The notes under the pieces: generated by a model
Database searches by the model: none
Told to the model about the DNA's origin: nothing
The model's input: only the letters and a program-made list of their open reading frames with translations
Assembly: GCA_050948665.1 (NCBI GenBank)
Contig: JBMNEH010000001.1
Coordinates: forward strand, 1,807,953 to 1,871,952
Source: Christensenellales bacterium
GTDB taxonomy: Bacteria; Bacillota; Clostridia; Christensenellales; UMGS416
DNA length: 64,000 bases
Reading direction: 5' to 3'
Part shown: piece by piece, positions 30,769 through 41,153 of the stretch
Layout of the letters: each line of letters opens with the position of its first letter
Position numbering within the stretch: the stretch's first letter is position 1
Position numbers and translations under genes: made by a program

Positions 30769-31767
30769 CTAGATTCCGGATAGTCGGGTGCTTTCCCGAA
30801 CCAAAAGCTGCGGCGCTACCAGTAGGCTCCGTTCCTGAGGCAATCCCTTTTCGATCTGTCGAACCAACTGCAGAACTGCCTGCCGTGCCATCTGCTGCAG
30901 CGGAACGGTCAATGTGGTCAGTGCGGGATACCCCAACCGCCCCATAGTTTCCTGTCCGCCAAAGCCCGCTACGGGCATATCTCCGGGCACCTGCTTTCCC
31001 GCCTCATGCAGGGCCCTCATCACACCCATTGCTGCCGCGTGACTCGATGTAATAATCCCATCCGGGCATATGTTTTTCCCCAGCAAACGCTTCATTGAAG
31101 AATACCCGTCTGTCTGTGAAGACCCGCACTCCACCTGATGGATACGGTCGACATTCGTAATCTCGGCTACAGCCCTTCGGTACCCTTCCGCAATACGTTC
31201 CGCCACTGGATCACCGGGCGTTCCCAGCATAAGGCAAATCCATGGTCGAAGAGTCAGCATATACTTGGTCAACTCCATACCACCCCGGACATAGTCCACA
31301 TCTACCCGGGGACAAGGGTGTCCGTACGCAGTTCCCTCGACAATCACGGCAGGCGTCGCAGAAGTACGCAGCGGCCACCGAGCGCCCCCCACGGAACGAT
31401 AACAAATCACCCCGTCCGTCCGCCCGGCGGCACAAGCATTGAACAATTCCGTTTTCCGCTCCGGATTCCCGGTTGCGGTGTAAAATGCGGGCTGATATTC
31501 GGACAACCGAGCTTCCAGTTCCACTCCGCGGATAAACGGAAATATAGCCGGGTCTTCCAAGGAATCCACCACCACCGCCAGAGTGTGGCTGGTGCCCTGC
31601 ACCAGCGCTCTTGCCAACTGATTCGGACGGTACTGTAGCAACTCAATGGCGCTGGCGATCGCCGCCGCATTCTCCTTCCCGACTCCCTTTTTCCCATTGA
31701 TATACCGGGACACCAGGGTCACCGAAACCCCGGCTTTCTGTGCAACATCCTTGATTGTAGGCGCCAT
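30769..31767 (-). CDS. LacI-family transcriptional regulator
   Basis: TIKDVAQKAGVSVTLVSR, YRPNQLARAL, PALTT, LLVREST. Confidence 0.95.
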   Translation of the reverse strand: MAPTIKDVAQKAGVSVTLVSRYINGKKGVGKENAAAIASAIELLQYRPNQLARALVQGTSHTLAVVVDSLEDPAIFPFIRGVELEARLSEYQPAFYTATGNPERKTELFNACAAGRTDGVICYRSVGGARWPLRTSATPAVIVEGTAYGHPCPRVDVDYVRGGMELTKYMLTLRPWICLMLGTPGDPVAERIAEGYRRAVAEITNVDRIHQVECGSSQTDGYSSMKRLLGKNICPDGIITSSHAAAMGVMRALHEAGKQVPGDMPVAGFGGQETMGRLGYPALTTLTVPLQQMARQAVLQLVRQIEKGLPQERSLLVAPQLLVRESTRLSGI

Positions 31768-32003
31768 GCTTCCTCCCGTGTATAGCGTTTTACACATGCA
31801 CATTATAAAGGCATGCCAAGCACCTGTCAAGAGAAAGCAGAATTGTATTAAGTAATATCGGGAAATGGATTCTGTTGAACAAAAAATCATGCGGTCTGCA
31901 ACCGGTAATATTGCACACATGCGGAAAACCTGCTATAATAACATACAGACAAGTTTCCTGAAAACGGAGCAATCACCCGCGGTATCCAGGCAGGAGGTTT
32001 TTT

Positions 32004-32738
32004 ATGTCAGGTCATTCCAAATGGGCAACTATTCGCCGCAAAAAGGAAAAGACAGACGCTGCACGGGGCGCAGCCTTTACCCGTATCGGACGGGAGCTTA
32101 TGATCGCCGCACGTGAGGGTGCCGATCCTGCCAGCAATGCCAAACTGCGGGATGCTGTAGCCAAAGCCAAGGCCGCAAACATACCAAACGACAATATTAA
32201 TCGTTGGATCAAGAGAGCAAGCGGCGAGGGTGAGAATGTGCAATATGACGAGATTACCTACGAGGGCTACGGTGTGCAGGGATCAGCCGTGGTTGTAGAA
32301 ACCTTGACCGACAATAAGAACCGCACCGCCTCTGATGTGCGCCATTGCTTCGATAAATGCGGAGGCTCACTGGGCACGACAAATTGTGTGACCTGGATGT
32401 TTGACCGTAAGGGCATCATTGTAATCGAAAAAACCTATGACATGGACGACGATGAGATGATGGAACAAGCTTTGGAAGCCAACGCCGAGGATTTTACCGT
32501 CCTGGATGAGGCCTATGAAATAACCACAAGCCCCAATGACTTCACTGCCGTGCGGGAAGCGTTAGAGGCAAAGGGCTTTTCTTTCGCGGAAGCACAGATC
32601 GAAATGGTGCCTCAGAACACCGTTGCTCTGGAGGGTGATAATGCTGCCCGCTTCCAGCGCATGCTTGATATGCTGGACGAATTGGACGATGTGCAAAATG
32701 TCTACCACAATGCTGACTTCCCCGAGGAGGAAGAATAA
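32004..32738 (+). CDS. yebC: YebC/PmpR family protein
   Basis: MSGHSKWATI, YEGYG, TDNKNRT, DDVQNVYHN. Confidence 0.95.
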   Translation: MSGHSKWATIRRKKEKTDAARGAAFTRIGRELMIAAREGADPASNAKLRDAVAKAKAANIPNDNINRWIKRASGEGENVQYDEITYEGYGVQGSAVVVETLTDNKNRTASDVRHCFDKCGGSLGTTNCVTWMFDRKGIIVIEKTYDMDDDEMMEQALEANAEDFTVLDEAYEITTSPNDFTAVREALEAKGFSFAEAQIEMVPQNTVALEGDNAARFQRMLDMLDELDDVQNVYHNADFPEEEE

Positions 32739-32775
32739 AGCACTAATAAAAAGGGGCCGCAAAAGCGGCTCCTTC

Positions 32776-33588
32776 TTATTTGTGTTGGATCCGATAAGAT
32801 GGCTGACGGCCACTACCCCGAACGATGATTTCCCCATCCTTCACCCTGACGACACAATAGGCATTTTCCTGACCGACACACATGGCTGCGAGGGTAATAT
32901 AGGATATACCATCCACTACCTGTAAATCACCCGGGTGATAGTGTCCGCAAAAAACAGCAGCAACCTTACTGCTCTGGGCAAATATACGCATGATCGGTTC
33001 CCGGTTCAGGATCAGATGACTCTCCTCCGATTCTCCGGCTTTCAACGCAAAGCAGGCATGCGCAAAGACCAGCACCGGTTTCCTCGCTTTACAAAGGGTA
33101 TCACAGATCCATGTGAACTGTGCATCGTCGATCATGCAGCGTTCCCAATCGATCAACCCCGTGGGGTAGGGCTCTGTTACACAATTTGATGAGGAATCAA
33201 GAAACAAACAAAGGAAAGGCCCGGCGTCGTAACTAAAGTATCTGCCCGGCATCTCGCAGAGCGCAATGATACTCTTTTTCTCTGTAGCGGTATCGTGATT
33301 CCCGATAACGGAAAAGTACGGTTTTCCGGAAGTAGCCATAATCTCCTTCATACGCTTAAAACAAGCGCGTTGATGAAGATAGCCCGGCACCGCGTCTGTT
33401 GTGTCCCCGAGATTGACAATAAAGTTATAATTCTCTCTCTCGGCATTCAGGGCGTACCGCAGTTTATCGGCAGAAAGCAGGTGCAACCTATCCCCTGTCT
33501 GCGGCTTTGTCGTATAATGCGCATCCGCAAAAAGAAAAAAGTCCACCCTTTGTCCTCCCTGAAACATTGCCTCTTTGTACTTATCCAT
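32776..33588 (-). CDS. Calcineurin-like metallophosphoesterase
   Basis: ADAH, LGD, GNHD, FAH, GHYH motifs. Confidence 0.9.
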   Translation of the reverse strand: MDKYKEAMFQGGQRVDFFLFADAHYTTKPQTGDRLHLLSADKLRYALNAERENYNFIVNLGDTTDAVPGYLHQRACFKRMKEIMATSGKPYFSVIGNHDTATEKKSIIALCEMPGRYFSYDAGPFLCLFLDSSSNCVTEPYPTGLIDWERCMIDDAQFTWICDTLCKARKPVLVFAHACFALKAGESEESHLILNREPIMRIFAQSSKVAAVFCGHYHPGDLQVVDGISYITLAAMCVGQENAYCVVRVKDGEIIVRGSGRQPSYRIQHK

Positions 33589-33981
33589 CCCATTTCATTA
33601 TATAATGATTCTTACAACCGTCAAGCAGAATGGACGGTCTCCAAAGAAAAGCATCTCCCTCAAATCATTTTCTGGAAAAATTTTCCGGAAGCCATCGATA
33701 GTTTTCATCAATCGAGGCTGCGATTGAAGCTGCCGTGATTAATAGCAGCCGTACTCCACCCGGATAACAATCGTATACATGCAGAGATGTTTGCTATACC
33801 ATTCTGCGGAACAGGCAGACATTACCTGAGAAGTTTGACTTTACGACGGTTTGATAAATCCAACGGCTTTATGCTGATTCAGGTCTCGGGTTTGTCATTG
33901 ATATGGATTTGACACACTCCGGATATCTGATAGAATAATTTACAACCAACCCAATGAACCTATAAATGATGAGGTAGTCCT

Positions 33982-35133
33982 ATGAAATACCGTTTTTTAC
34001 TGGCACCGGATTCCTATAAGGAAACCATGTCTGCGGCTTCTGTCTGCGCGTTGATGAAGCAGGGTATTCTACGCATTTTTCCCGATGCAGAGGTGGTTTC
34101 GCTTCCCCTTGCCGACGGCGGTGAGGGTAGCACAGCATGCTTTCTTGAAGCGTTTCCCGGAGGACAGAGCGTCTCCCTGACCGTAAAAGGGCCATGGTTT
34201 GAACCTACAAAAAGCTTTTACGGTTGGTGGCCGGAACAAAGGCTCGCGTTCATAGAAATGGCGGTCTGCGCCGGTCTTCCTCTTGCGGGAGAAAGAAAAA
34301 ACCCCGCACTGACCACAACCTTTGGTGTAGGAGAACTGGTGAATGATGCCCTTTCTCGAGGCGCCAGAGAAATTCTTCTGGGTTTAGGAGGAAGCGCTAC
34401 CCATGATATGGGATGCGGTGCCGCAGCGGCGATGGGCGTTGTATTTCGAGATAAGACCGGCCATTCCTTTATACCGGTCGGGAACACCCTTGATATGATC
34501 CGTACGGTAGATACCTCCGCCTGTGCAGCCCGTCTATCGGGTTGCCGCCTTGCAGCACTTTGCGATATTGAGAATCCGTTGTTGGGGCCCCGGGGTGCTG
34601 CAACTGTTTTCGCTCCGCAAAAGGGAGCGAATGCTGCAGGAGTTGTTCTGTTGGAGGAAAAAACGCGGGCATTTTCCACATTAATGGAGAGTATTGCAGG
34701 ATATAATGCGGACGTTACCCCGGGTGCGGGAGCAGCTGGAGGTATGGGCGCAGGGGTTCAATGGTTTCTCGGTGGAGAACTTCTTCCGGGGATTGATACG
34801 ATATTGGAAATTTGCCGTTTCCGGGCTCAGCTTCGATCGGGCACCATTGTGATCACAGGAGAAGGCAGGCTGGACAGTCAGTCACTCGGAGGAAAGGCAG
34901 TCTCCGGCGTTGCAAAAATTTGCAAAGCTGCCGGTGTTCCTCTTTGGGTTGTGGCAGGGGATCTGGAGGCCGCAGATTGCTTGTATGAAACAGGTGTAAC
35001 CGCCGCTTTCAGTACCAATCACAAGGCCATCCCCTTCTCGGAAGCAAAAAAAACCGCCCGGGAAGATTTGGTCCGGACGATTGAGAATCTGATGCGCTGC
35101 CTTAGGGATGGAGCTGGTCTGTGTAGTCGGTAA
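33982..35133 (+). CDS. Glycerate kinase (GarK/GlxK family)
   Basis: APDSYKE, ADGGEG, GGSATHD, FAPQKGA, GAGAAGG, TGEGRLDSQS. Confidence 0.93.
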   Translation: MKYRFLLAPDSYKETMSAASVCALMKQGILRIFPDAEVVSLPLADGGEGSTACFLEAFPGGQSVSLTVKGPWFEPTKSFYGWWPEQRLAFIEMAVCAGLPLAGERKNPALTTTFGVGELVNDALSRGAREILLGLGGSATHDMGCGAAAAMGVVFRDKTGHSFIPVGNTLDMIRTVDTSACAARLSGCRLAALCDIENPLLGPRGAATVFAPQKGANAAGVVLLEEKTRAFSTLMESIAGYNADVTPGAGAAGGMGAGVQWFLGGELLPGIDTILEICRFRAQLRSGTIVITGEGRLDSQSLGGKAVSGVAKICKAAGVPLWVVAGDLEAADCLYETGVTAAFSTNHKAIPFSEAKKTAREDLVRTIENLMRCLRDGAGLCSR

Positions 35134-36112
35134 GGATATCCTGAAGGTACTCCATGTAAGCCTGCCTCACGGATACCGGCGCCAGGAGCTCTACTTCCTT
35201 GCCCAATCCCGCCAGCCATCCGAAAAATTGGGGGCTGACAGCTACCTCCGCCACAAGAAGAAAATTGTCCCCATCGTTGGGAATAACCTTTGCATCACTT
35301 CCGTATCGGTCCATCATCACGCCGATAAAACGGCCGGCACATCTGAGGGTAACCCTTTCTTCCTTTCCACCAAACATATAAAACGTTTTGCTTATGTGGT
35401 TTGGCAAATCAAAAGCCTTAAACGCTTCTACTCCTTCCCTGTGCAGTTCCGTCAACTCCAGATTACATAATTTATCCACCCGGTAATGACGAATGGCGTC
35501 AGCTGTGCAGTCATATCCTATCAGGTAATAATTCTCATCCTGCCAAGCTAAAGCCCAGGGGCTGACCTGATAGATTTTTCCCTCTTTCCGCAGTCTTACT
35601 TCCTTGGACAGCGTCCACTCCCGCATACGGAAGCGTATCTGTACACCGGTGGACATAGCGGTGTGAATTTTATCGACGACGATAAAAATCATCTCATTCG
35701 AGCTTTTTACCCTGTTATGAATGAAGACTTGGCGACGCAGTGCTGAAGCCTGATGGCGGCTGGTCATACTTTCCAGCTTTTGGATTAACGCATCGGATTT
35801 ACGCGCGGTTATAAACTTTGAAGCCTGTACGGCATCTGCTAACAGTTTCAGCTCGACTTCCTCAAAAATCCGATTGGACAGGTAATACCCGCCTTTCCCC
35901 GCTGCTCCTTTTTGAAGGGTAATTTCATATCCCATGCGGTTGAGCAATTCAATATCCGAATAGATACTTTTTCGTTCAGCGTGAATACCGTATTGCGTCT
36001 GCAGTTTATCAATAATTTCCGCTGAGGTAAGATAATTACTCTCATCTGTTTCTCTTTGAAAAACTTGAAGCAGCGCCAGAAGCTTTCTTTTACTATCGCT
36101 GTTCCCTGCCAT
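35102..36112 (-). CDS. wHTH-WYL-WCX transcriptional regulator
   Basis: ERKSIYSDIELL HTH; VSPWALAWQDENYYL…HYRVDKL WYL domain; FFGWLAGLG WCX; GGAGG RBS before 36112. Confidence 0.92.
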   Translation of the reverse strand: MAGNSDSKRKLLALLQVFQRETDESNYLTSAEIIDKLQTQYGIHAERKSIYSDIELLNRMGYEITLQKGAAGKGGYYLSNRIFEEVELKLLADAVQASKFITARKSDALIQKLESMTSRHQASALRRQVFIHNRVKSSNEMIFIVVDKIHTAMSTGVQIRFRMREWTLSKEVRLRKEGKIYQVSPWALAWQDENYYLIGYDCTADAIRHYRVDKLCNLELTELHREGVEAFKAFDLPNHISKTFYMFGGKEERVTLRCAGRFIGVMMDRYGSDAKVIPNDGDNFLLVAEVAVSPQFFGWLAGLGKEVELLAPVSVRQAYMEYLQDILTDYTDQLHP

Positions 36113-36199
36113 TATTGCCTCCGCTGTACATCCATATATGTCCACATTATATCAAAATATCCGCCCTATTACAAGAATAAGGCGGATTTTGCTATACCC

Positions 36200-37144
36200 T
36201 CAGGACATACGGTTCTGGGGTTTCCCCTCCAACCATGCGGAGATATTCCGGAAAACGATCTCCACACGCCGATCCATGGACTCTGCCGTAGCAAAGCCCA
36301 CATGAGGCGTCAGTATTGTGTTCGGCGCGGTGAGCAATGGATCATTCTCAGGCAGAGGGGGCTCGACATCAAATACATCCAAACCGGCGCCCGCGATCCG
36401 GTTATTCTGCAGCGCCTCAGCAAGTGCCCGGTTATCGACTACCGCGCCCCGTGCCATATTGATGAGGATCGCCGAGGGCTTCATTCTCTGCAGTTCTTTC
36501 TCCCCGATCAAGCCCCGGGTCTCCGGCGTCAGCGGAAGATGGAGGCAGACGATATCACTCTGTTCCAGCAGTGTGTCCAACGACCGGTATTCCACACCGC
36601 AAGCCAACGCGCGCGGGTTCTCATGACGGGCATGGCCCAGTACTCGGCAGCCAAAGGCACGCGCCACCTCCGCCACACGACAGCCGATAGCACCGGTGCC
36701 CACAATGCCCAGGGTTTTCTCATACAATTCAAAGCCCACCAGACCTTCCTTCGTACCGGAGACGCGGGTCGCTTTATCACAATGAGGCAGCCTCCGCAGC
36801 AAGGAAAGGATATGCGCAAAGGTTAACTCCGCCACGGTGACAGTGCAGTAATCCCGGGCGTTGCAAACCAATATCCTTCGTTCGGCGCAGGCCGTCAAAT
36901 CCACATGATCCACTCCGACAAATCCTACGGAAATCATTTTCAAATTTCGGTTTGCCCTAATAACCTCCCCGGGAAGAGGAGAGTTGGCAATAATTAACAC
37001 ATCGGCATCCGCCGCCATGGCTTCCTCTCGGGTTAGCTTTCGGGTACAGGGAAAAAATGTGTGTCCTGCATCCGTGAGAGGTTTGGCGGCTTTCAACAGC
37101 GTCTCTACGGGTACTGCCAGGGGTTCCAACATAACAATACGCAT
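36200..37144 (-). CDS. D-isomer-specific 2-hydroxyacid dehydrogenase
   Basis: GIVGTGAIG, LHLPLT, INMARG, LDVFDVEP, LTPHVG. Confidence 0.93.
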   Translation of the reverse strand: MRIVMLEPLAVPVETLLKAAKPLTDAGHTFFPCTRKLTREEAMAADADVLIIANSPLPGEVIRANRNLKMISVGFVGVDHVDLTACAERRILVCNARDYCTVTVAELTFAHILSLLRRLPHCDKATRVSGTKEGLVGFELYEKTLGIVGTGAIGCRVAEVARAFGCRVLGHARHENPRALACGVEYRSLDTLLEQSDIVCLHLPLTPETRGLIGEKELQRMKPSAILINMARGAVVDNRALAEALQNNRIAGAGLDVFDVEPPLPENDPLLTAPNTILTPHVGFATAESMDRRVEIVFRNISAWLEGKPQNRMS

Positions 37145-37147
37145 TGC

Positions 37148-38536
37148 CTACGCCTCCTTCAGCATTTTATCGATAGCCTCTGCCGCTTTCTTCCCGGCGC
37201 CCATGGCCAAGATTACGGTGGCAGCGCCGGTGACGGCGTCTCCGCCGGCATACACCCCCTGCCTGGTCGTCAAACCGTCGGCATCCACTATAAGGCAACC
37301 TTTCCGGTCTGCCTCCAACCCGGGGGTCATTTTGTGTATTAAGGGATTCGGACTGTTGCCGATGGCAATAATCACCGTATCAATGGGGAGAACGGTATTG
37401 CTTCCCGCTATTTCTATGGGGCGACGTCGCCCGGATGCGTCGGCCTCTCCCAATTCCATCCGCACCACCTCAAGGCCGGTCACCCATCCCTTTTCATCCC
37501 CTTGCACCGAAACGGGATTCGTCAGCATAAGAAAGCGGACGCCCTCCTCTTCGGCATGTTCTATTTCCTCATGCCTTGCGGGCATTTCCTGCCGGCTTCG
37601 ACGGTATACAACGGATACCTCCTCCGCGCCCAACCGAAGGGCGCAACGGGCGGCATCCATCGCCACGTTACCGCCGCCGACCACAGCCACCCGTCTGCCT
37701 GCACGAATAGGTGTATCGCTCTGAGGGAAGACATACGCCTTCATCAGATTTGTGCGGGTCAGGAATTCATTGGCGGAATAAACGCCGTTCAGATTCTCCC
37801 CTGGGATCCCCATAAAGTTCGGCAGGCCGGCGCCGGTGCCCAAGAAAACAGCCCTATAACCCATTTTCTGTAGTTCATCCACCGACAGCATCCGCCCGAT
37901 GACGGAATCCGTCCGAATCTCCACGCCCATGGCTTCCAGAGAGGCGATTTCCCGGGCGACAATTGCTTTGGGAAGACGGAATTCGGGGATGCCGTAGGAC
38001 AACACTCCTCCGGGCGTATGAAGCGCCTCAAAAACCGTAACGGAATAACCCAGCTTTGCCAGATCTCCGGCGCAGGTCAGGCCGGCAGGACCGGAGCCGA
38101 TCACAGCCACCTTAATCCCTTTCGCGGGAGCGATTTCCGCCGGAGGGGCATTATGCGCTATGGCATAGTCTGCAGCAAAACGCTCCAGCCTGCCGATAGC
38201 CACCGGCTGATACCTAATCCCCCGGATACATTTGGACTCGCATTGGCTTTCCTGCGGGCAAACACGGCCGCAGATCGCCGGAAGGGAGTTGGTTTGCCGG
38301 ATGATATCGTATGCCTCCAAATACTTTCCGTCCCGGATTTTTGCGATAAAGTCAGGAATGCGAACATTCACCGGGCAGCCTGATACGCATGGCTGATTTT
38401 TGCACTGAAGGCAGCGGGAGGCTTCCTCGCACGCCATTTCCACGTCATAACCCAGCGCGACCTCATCGAAATTTTTTGCACGAACATGCGGTTCCTGCTG
38501 GGGCATGGGTACCTTCTTTTCACGTACTCTGGCCAT
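37148..38536 (-). CDS. NfnB-like / GltD-like NADPH-dependent Fe-S flavoprotein
   Basis: RCLQC…CVSGCP, CGRVCPQESQCE, GSGPAG, GGGNVAMD, GGDAVTG; paired with nfnA-like gene. Confidence 0.92.
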   Translation of the reverse strand: MARVREKKVPMPQQEPHVRAKNFDEVALGYDVEMACEEASRCLQCKNQPCVSGCPVNVRIPDFIAKIRDGKYLEAYDIIRQTNSLPAICGRVCPQESQCESKCIRGIRYQPVAIGRLERFAADYAIAHNAPPAEIAPAKGIKVAVIGSGPAGLTCAGDLAKLGYSVTVFEALHTPGGVLSYGIPEFRLPKAIVAREIASLEAMGVEIRTDSVIGRMLSVDELQKMGYRAVFLGTGAGLPNFMGIPGENLNGVYSANEFLTRTNLMKAYVFPQSDTPIRAGRRVAVVGGGNVAMDAARCALRLGAEEVSVVYRRSRQEMPARHEEIEHAEEEGVRFLMLTNPVSVQGDEKGWVTGLEVVRMELGEADASGRRRPIEIAGSNTVLPIDTVIIAIGNSPNPLIHKMTPGLEADRKGCLIVDADGLTTRQGVYAGGDAVTGAATVILAMGAGKKAAEAIDKMLKEA

Positions 38537-39376
38537 TTATTCTCTCCCGTACAGCCGGCAGGCATGGGCTTCCGCAGACTGTCTCTCCTCATCCTTATAT
38601 ATAACGCTTCGGCGCATTGCCTCGTCAAAATCCACCAGGTGCCCGTCAAAATCCGGCCCGTCCACGCAGGCAAACCTCGTCTCTCCGCCTACCTTCAGCC
38701 GGCAGCAACCGCACATCCCGGTGCCATCGATCATGATGGTGTTCATAGACACCGTGGTTTTTATACCGTAGGGCTCAGTCAGCTTAGCTACAAACTTCAT
38801 CATCACCAAAGGACCGATGGCAATGACCTCGTCATACACATTTCCTTCCTCGATCAGTGCCTTCAGGGCGTCAGTCACAAAGCCCTTGTTCCCGTTGGAA
38901 CCATCGTCTGTGGTGATAATGCAGCGATCGGAGTTTGCCTCCAGTTCCCTTTGGAGGATGATCAAATCCTTTTCCCGGAAACCGGCGACCACATGGACCT
39001 CCGTCCCGGACTGATAAAGATACTTTGCCTGCGGATAAGCGATTGCCGTTCCCAGTCCGCCGCCGACCACCGCTACTTTTTTCTTCCCATCCAAGTGAGA
39101 GGGATTCCCTAAAGGCCCGACGAAATTCAACAGGGTTTGCCCCGCCTCCATCTGTCCCAGCTGTTTTGTAGTCTTTCCAACTTCCTGGAAGATGATTGTC
39201 ACAGTGCCAGCCTCCCGGTCATAATCCGATACGGTAAGCGGTATCCGTTCCCCCATTTCGTCTATACGTAGAATAATAAACTGTCCGGGCAGTGCCTTTG
39301 CCGCCACCATGGGACAGTCGATCACCATCCGCACAACCTCGGGGTTCAGTCGTTCTTTCTTCTTTATAAAAACCAT
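38537..39376 (-). CDS. NfnA-like ferredoxin:NADP+ reductase subunit (PyrK-like)
   Basis: GERIPLT, GPLG, DGTGMCGCCR, CVDGPDFDGH. Confidence 0.92.
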   Translation of the reverse strand: MVFIKKKERLNPEVVRMVIDCPMVAAKALPGQFIILRIDEMGERIPLTVSDYDREAGTVTIIFQEVGKTTKQLGQMEAGQTLLNFVGPLGNPSHLDGKKKVAVVGGGLGTAIAYPQAKYLYQSGTEVHVVAGFREKDLIILQRELEANSDRCIITTDDGSNGNKGFVTDALKALIEEGNVYDEVIAIGPLVMMKFVAKLTEPYGIKTTVSMNTIMIDGTGMCGCCRLKVGGETRFACVDGPDFDGHLVDFDEAMRRSVIYKDEERQSAEAHACRLYGRE

Positions 39377-39449
39377 GTTTTCCCTCCCAACACTTGCTAT
39401 TATATGCAGTTCCCGATGAACGGGCAAGTCTTCCGGGGATAATTGTATA

Positions 39450-40832
39450 CTATTCGTCCGAACCCGGAGCGGGTTGCGTCAGTTTTCTGACCCATTTGTA
39501 GCGATTGACCTCTACGGCTGCAACAAAGCATTTTAAGATTTGGTCGCTCTTCAGTAGGGCGAACACCCATACAGGGGGAAGCTTCCATACAAAAGCGCCC
39601 AGCAGCGACGCCGGCAATACCAGTCCCCACATGAAAATCAGATCGTTATAGAAAACAAACCTCGGATTCCCGCCGCCCCGGACGATACCCGTCAGGCAGG
39701 AGCATTGATAGGCTGTACCCACCGACGTCACGGAAAGCACAAGCAGAAATTGGATCGCCAGATTTCTTGCCTCCTCCGAAACATCGTATAAAGAAACGAT
39801 CCAGCCCTTCAGCAACAGCAACGTTGCCCCTGTCAACAACCCGATAAACAGGAAAATGACCTGCATGGCGTTTACCTTTGGCTTCAGTTCTTCGATTTCT
39901 CCTGCGCCTACAAGTTTTCCCGTCAACACTGCGGATGCGGAGGCCCCCGCATATGCTACAACAGAAACCAACTGAAACAATGTTCCAGCAATGCTGTTAG
40001 CCGCAATCGCAGAGGTACCCAATCTTCCGATCACCGCCGCTTGAATGAACATCGCGATTCCCCAACTGCCCCCCGACAGAATGACCGGCACGGAAACCCT
40101 TATATAATCCCGCCAGAGAGCCATTCCGGCACCCGCAAGATCCTTTAGTCGGATCCGCAGTTTCCGGTCAATACACAGCACATATACCAACACCAGCAGT
40201 AGTTCAACTCCCCTGGCAATCAATGTTGCCAGAGCAGCCCCCCGGGTGCCCATCTCCGGGAAACCCAGCCGACCGAAAATCAAACAGTAGTTCAAGCTCA
40301 CATTGACCACAAGAGTCGTCAGGGAAACCACCGTGCCCAGCCGTACAATCTCTGCCGAGCGCAAGCTGCCCAGCAATACAGTCGTCAGCCCAAGCAGAAT
40401 ATATGTCCAGGATATGATGCGAAGGTATGCCATTCCTTCACCGAGAACACCCGCCACATCTCCTTTATTCCCTACAAGGAGCTCCAGTATTTGCCGCCCC
40501 CAAAGAGTTGCCGCGGTAAAAAATACCAGGGTCACCCCGGTTACCAGCAGCAAGCCGCATCCCGTCAGCTTTTTGATGGTTGCCGTATCCCTGCTTCCCC
40601 AATACTGCGCGGTCAACACACACATCCCCTCACTGACCCCACCTATCAGCATCTGCATCAAAAATTGCAGTTGATTGGCCAACGCCACACCAGAAAGCGC
40701 GTTCTCACTATAGGCCCCCAGCATTACGTTATCCGCCAGATTCACCGACAATACGATGATATTCTGTAAAGCAATAAAGAAAATCAAACGAAAGAACTGA
40801 CGGTAAAAATTTCTATCTCTCGAGAGTGCCAT
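39450..40832 (-). CDS. MATE family efflux transporter
   Basis: ADNVMLG, AQYWG, LNYCLIFG…GAALATLIAR. Confidence 0.92.
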   Translation of the reverse strand: MALSRDRNFYRQFFRLIFFIALQNIIVLSVNLADNVMLGAYSENALSGVALANQLQFLMQMLIGGVSEGMCVLTAQYWGSRDTATIKKLTGCGLLLVTGVTLVFFTAATLWGRQILELLVGNKGDVAGVLGEGMAYLRIISWTYILLGLTTVLLGSLRSAEIVRLGTVVSLTTLVVNVSLNYCLIFGRLGFPEMGTRGAALATLIARGVELLLVLVYVLCIDRKLRIRLKDLAGAGMALWRDYIRVSVPVILSGGSWGIAMFIQAAVIGRLGTSAIAANSIAGTLFQLVSVVAYAGASASAVLTGKLVGAGEIEELKPKVNAMQVIFLFIGLLTGATLLLLKGWIVSLYDVSEEARNLAIQFLLVLSVTSVGTAYQCSCLTGIVRGGGNPRFVFYNDLIFMWGLVLPASLLGAFVWKLPPVWVFALLKSDQILKCFVAAVEVNRYKWVRKLTQPAPGSDE

Positions 40833-41153
40833 GCTTCCTCCTGACTCCTTGGTCAGTGAGGATTATAACAGATAACCGGGCAAGTGTATATCCGTACCTT
40901 CTACAGAAATATCCGCAAAAGTTTAGATAACCGCTTTTTCCGGACGTCAGCCATGCATGGGAAACACAAAAAACGGCCTGTTGTAACAAAAATCACATGG
41001 AAATCCGCCCCTGTTTTCCGCATTGTCCTATGTTCGCACTACCGCAGTGCGAAGCCGCTGAATTTGCATGCACATAGAAAAGGTAAAGAAATCCTATACT
41101 CCTTTTTTCGGGTCTGCGCTATGATGAGGGAAATACTGCAGGAGGGTTTGACC

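Noticed and set aside
33660-33900. Possible gene remnant in the intergenic region
   Set aside because: Only a faint AraC-like peptide (EYGCY/NHGSFNRS) needing a frameshift; too weak to call
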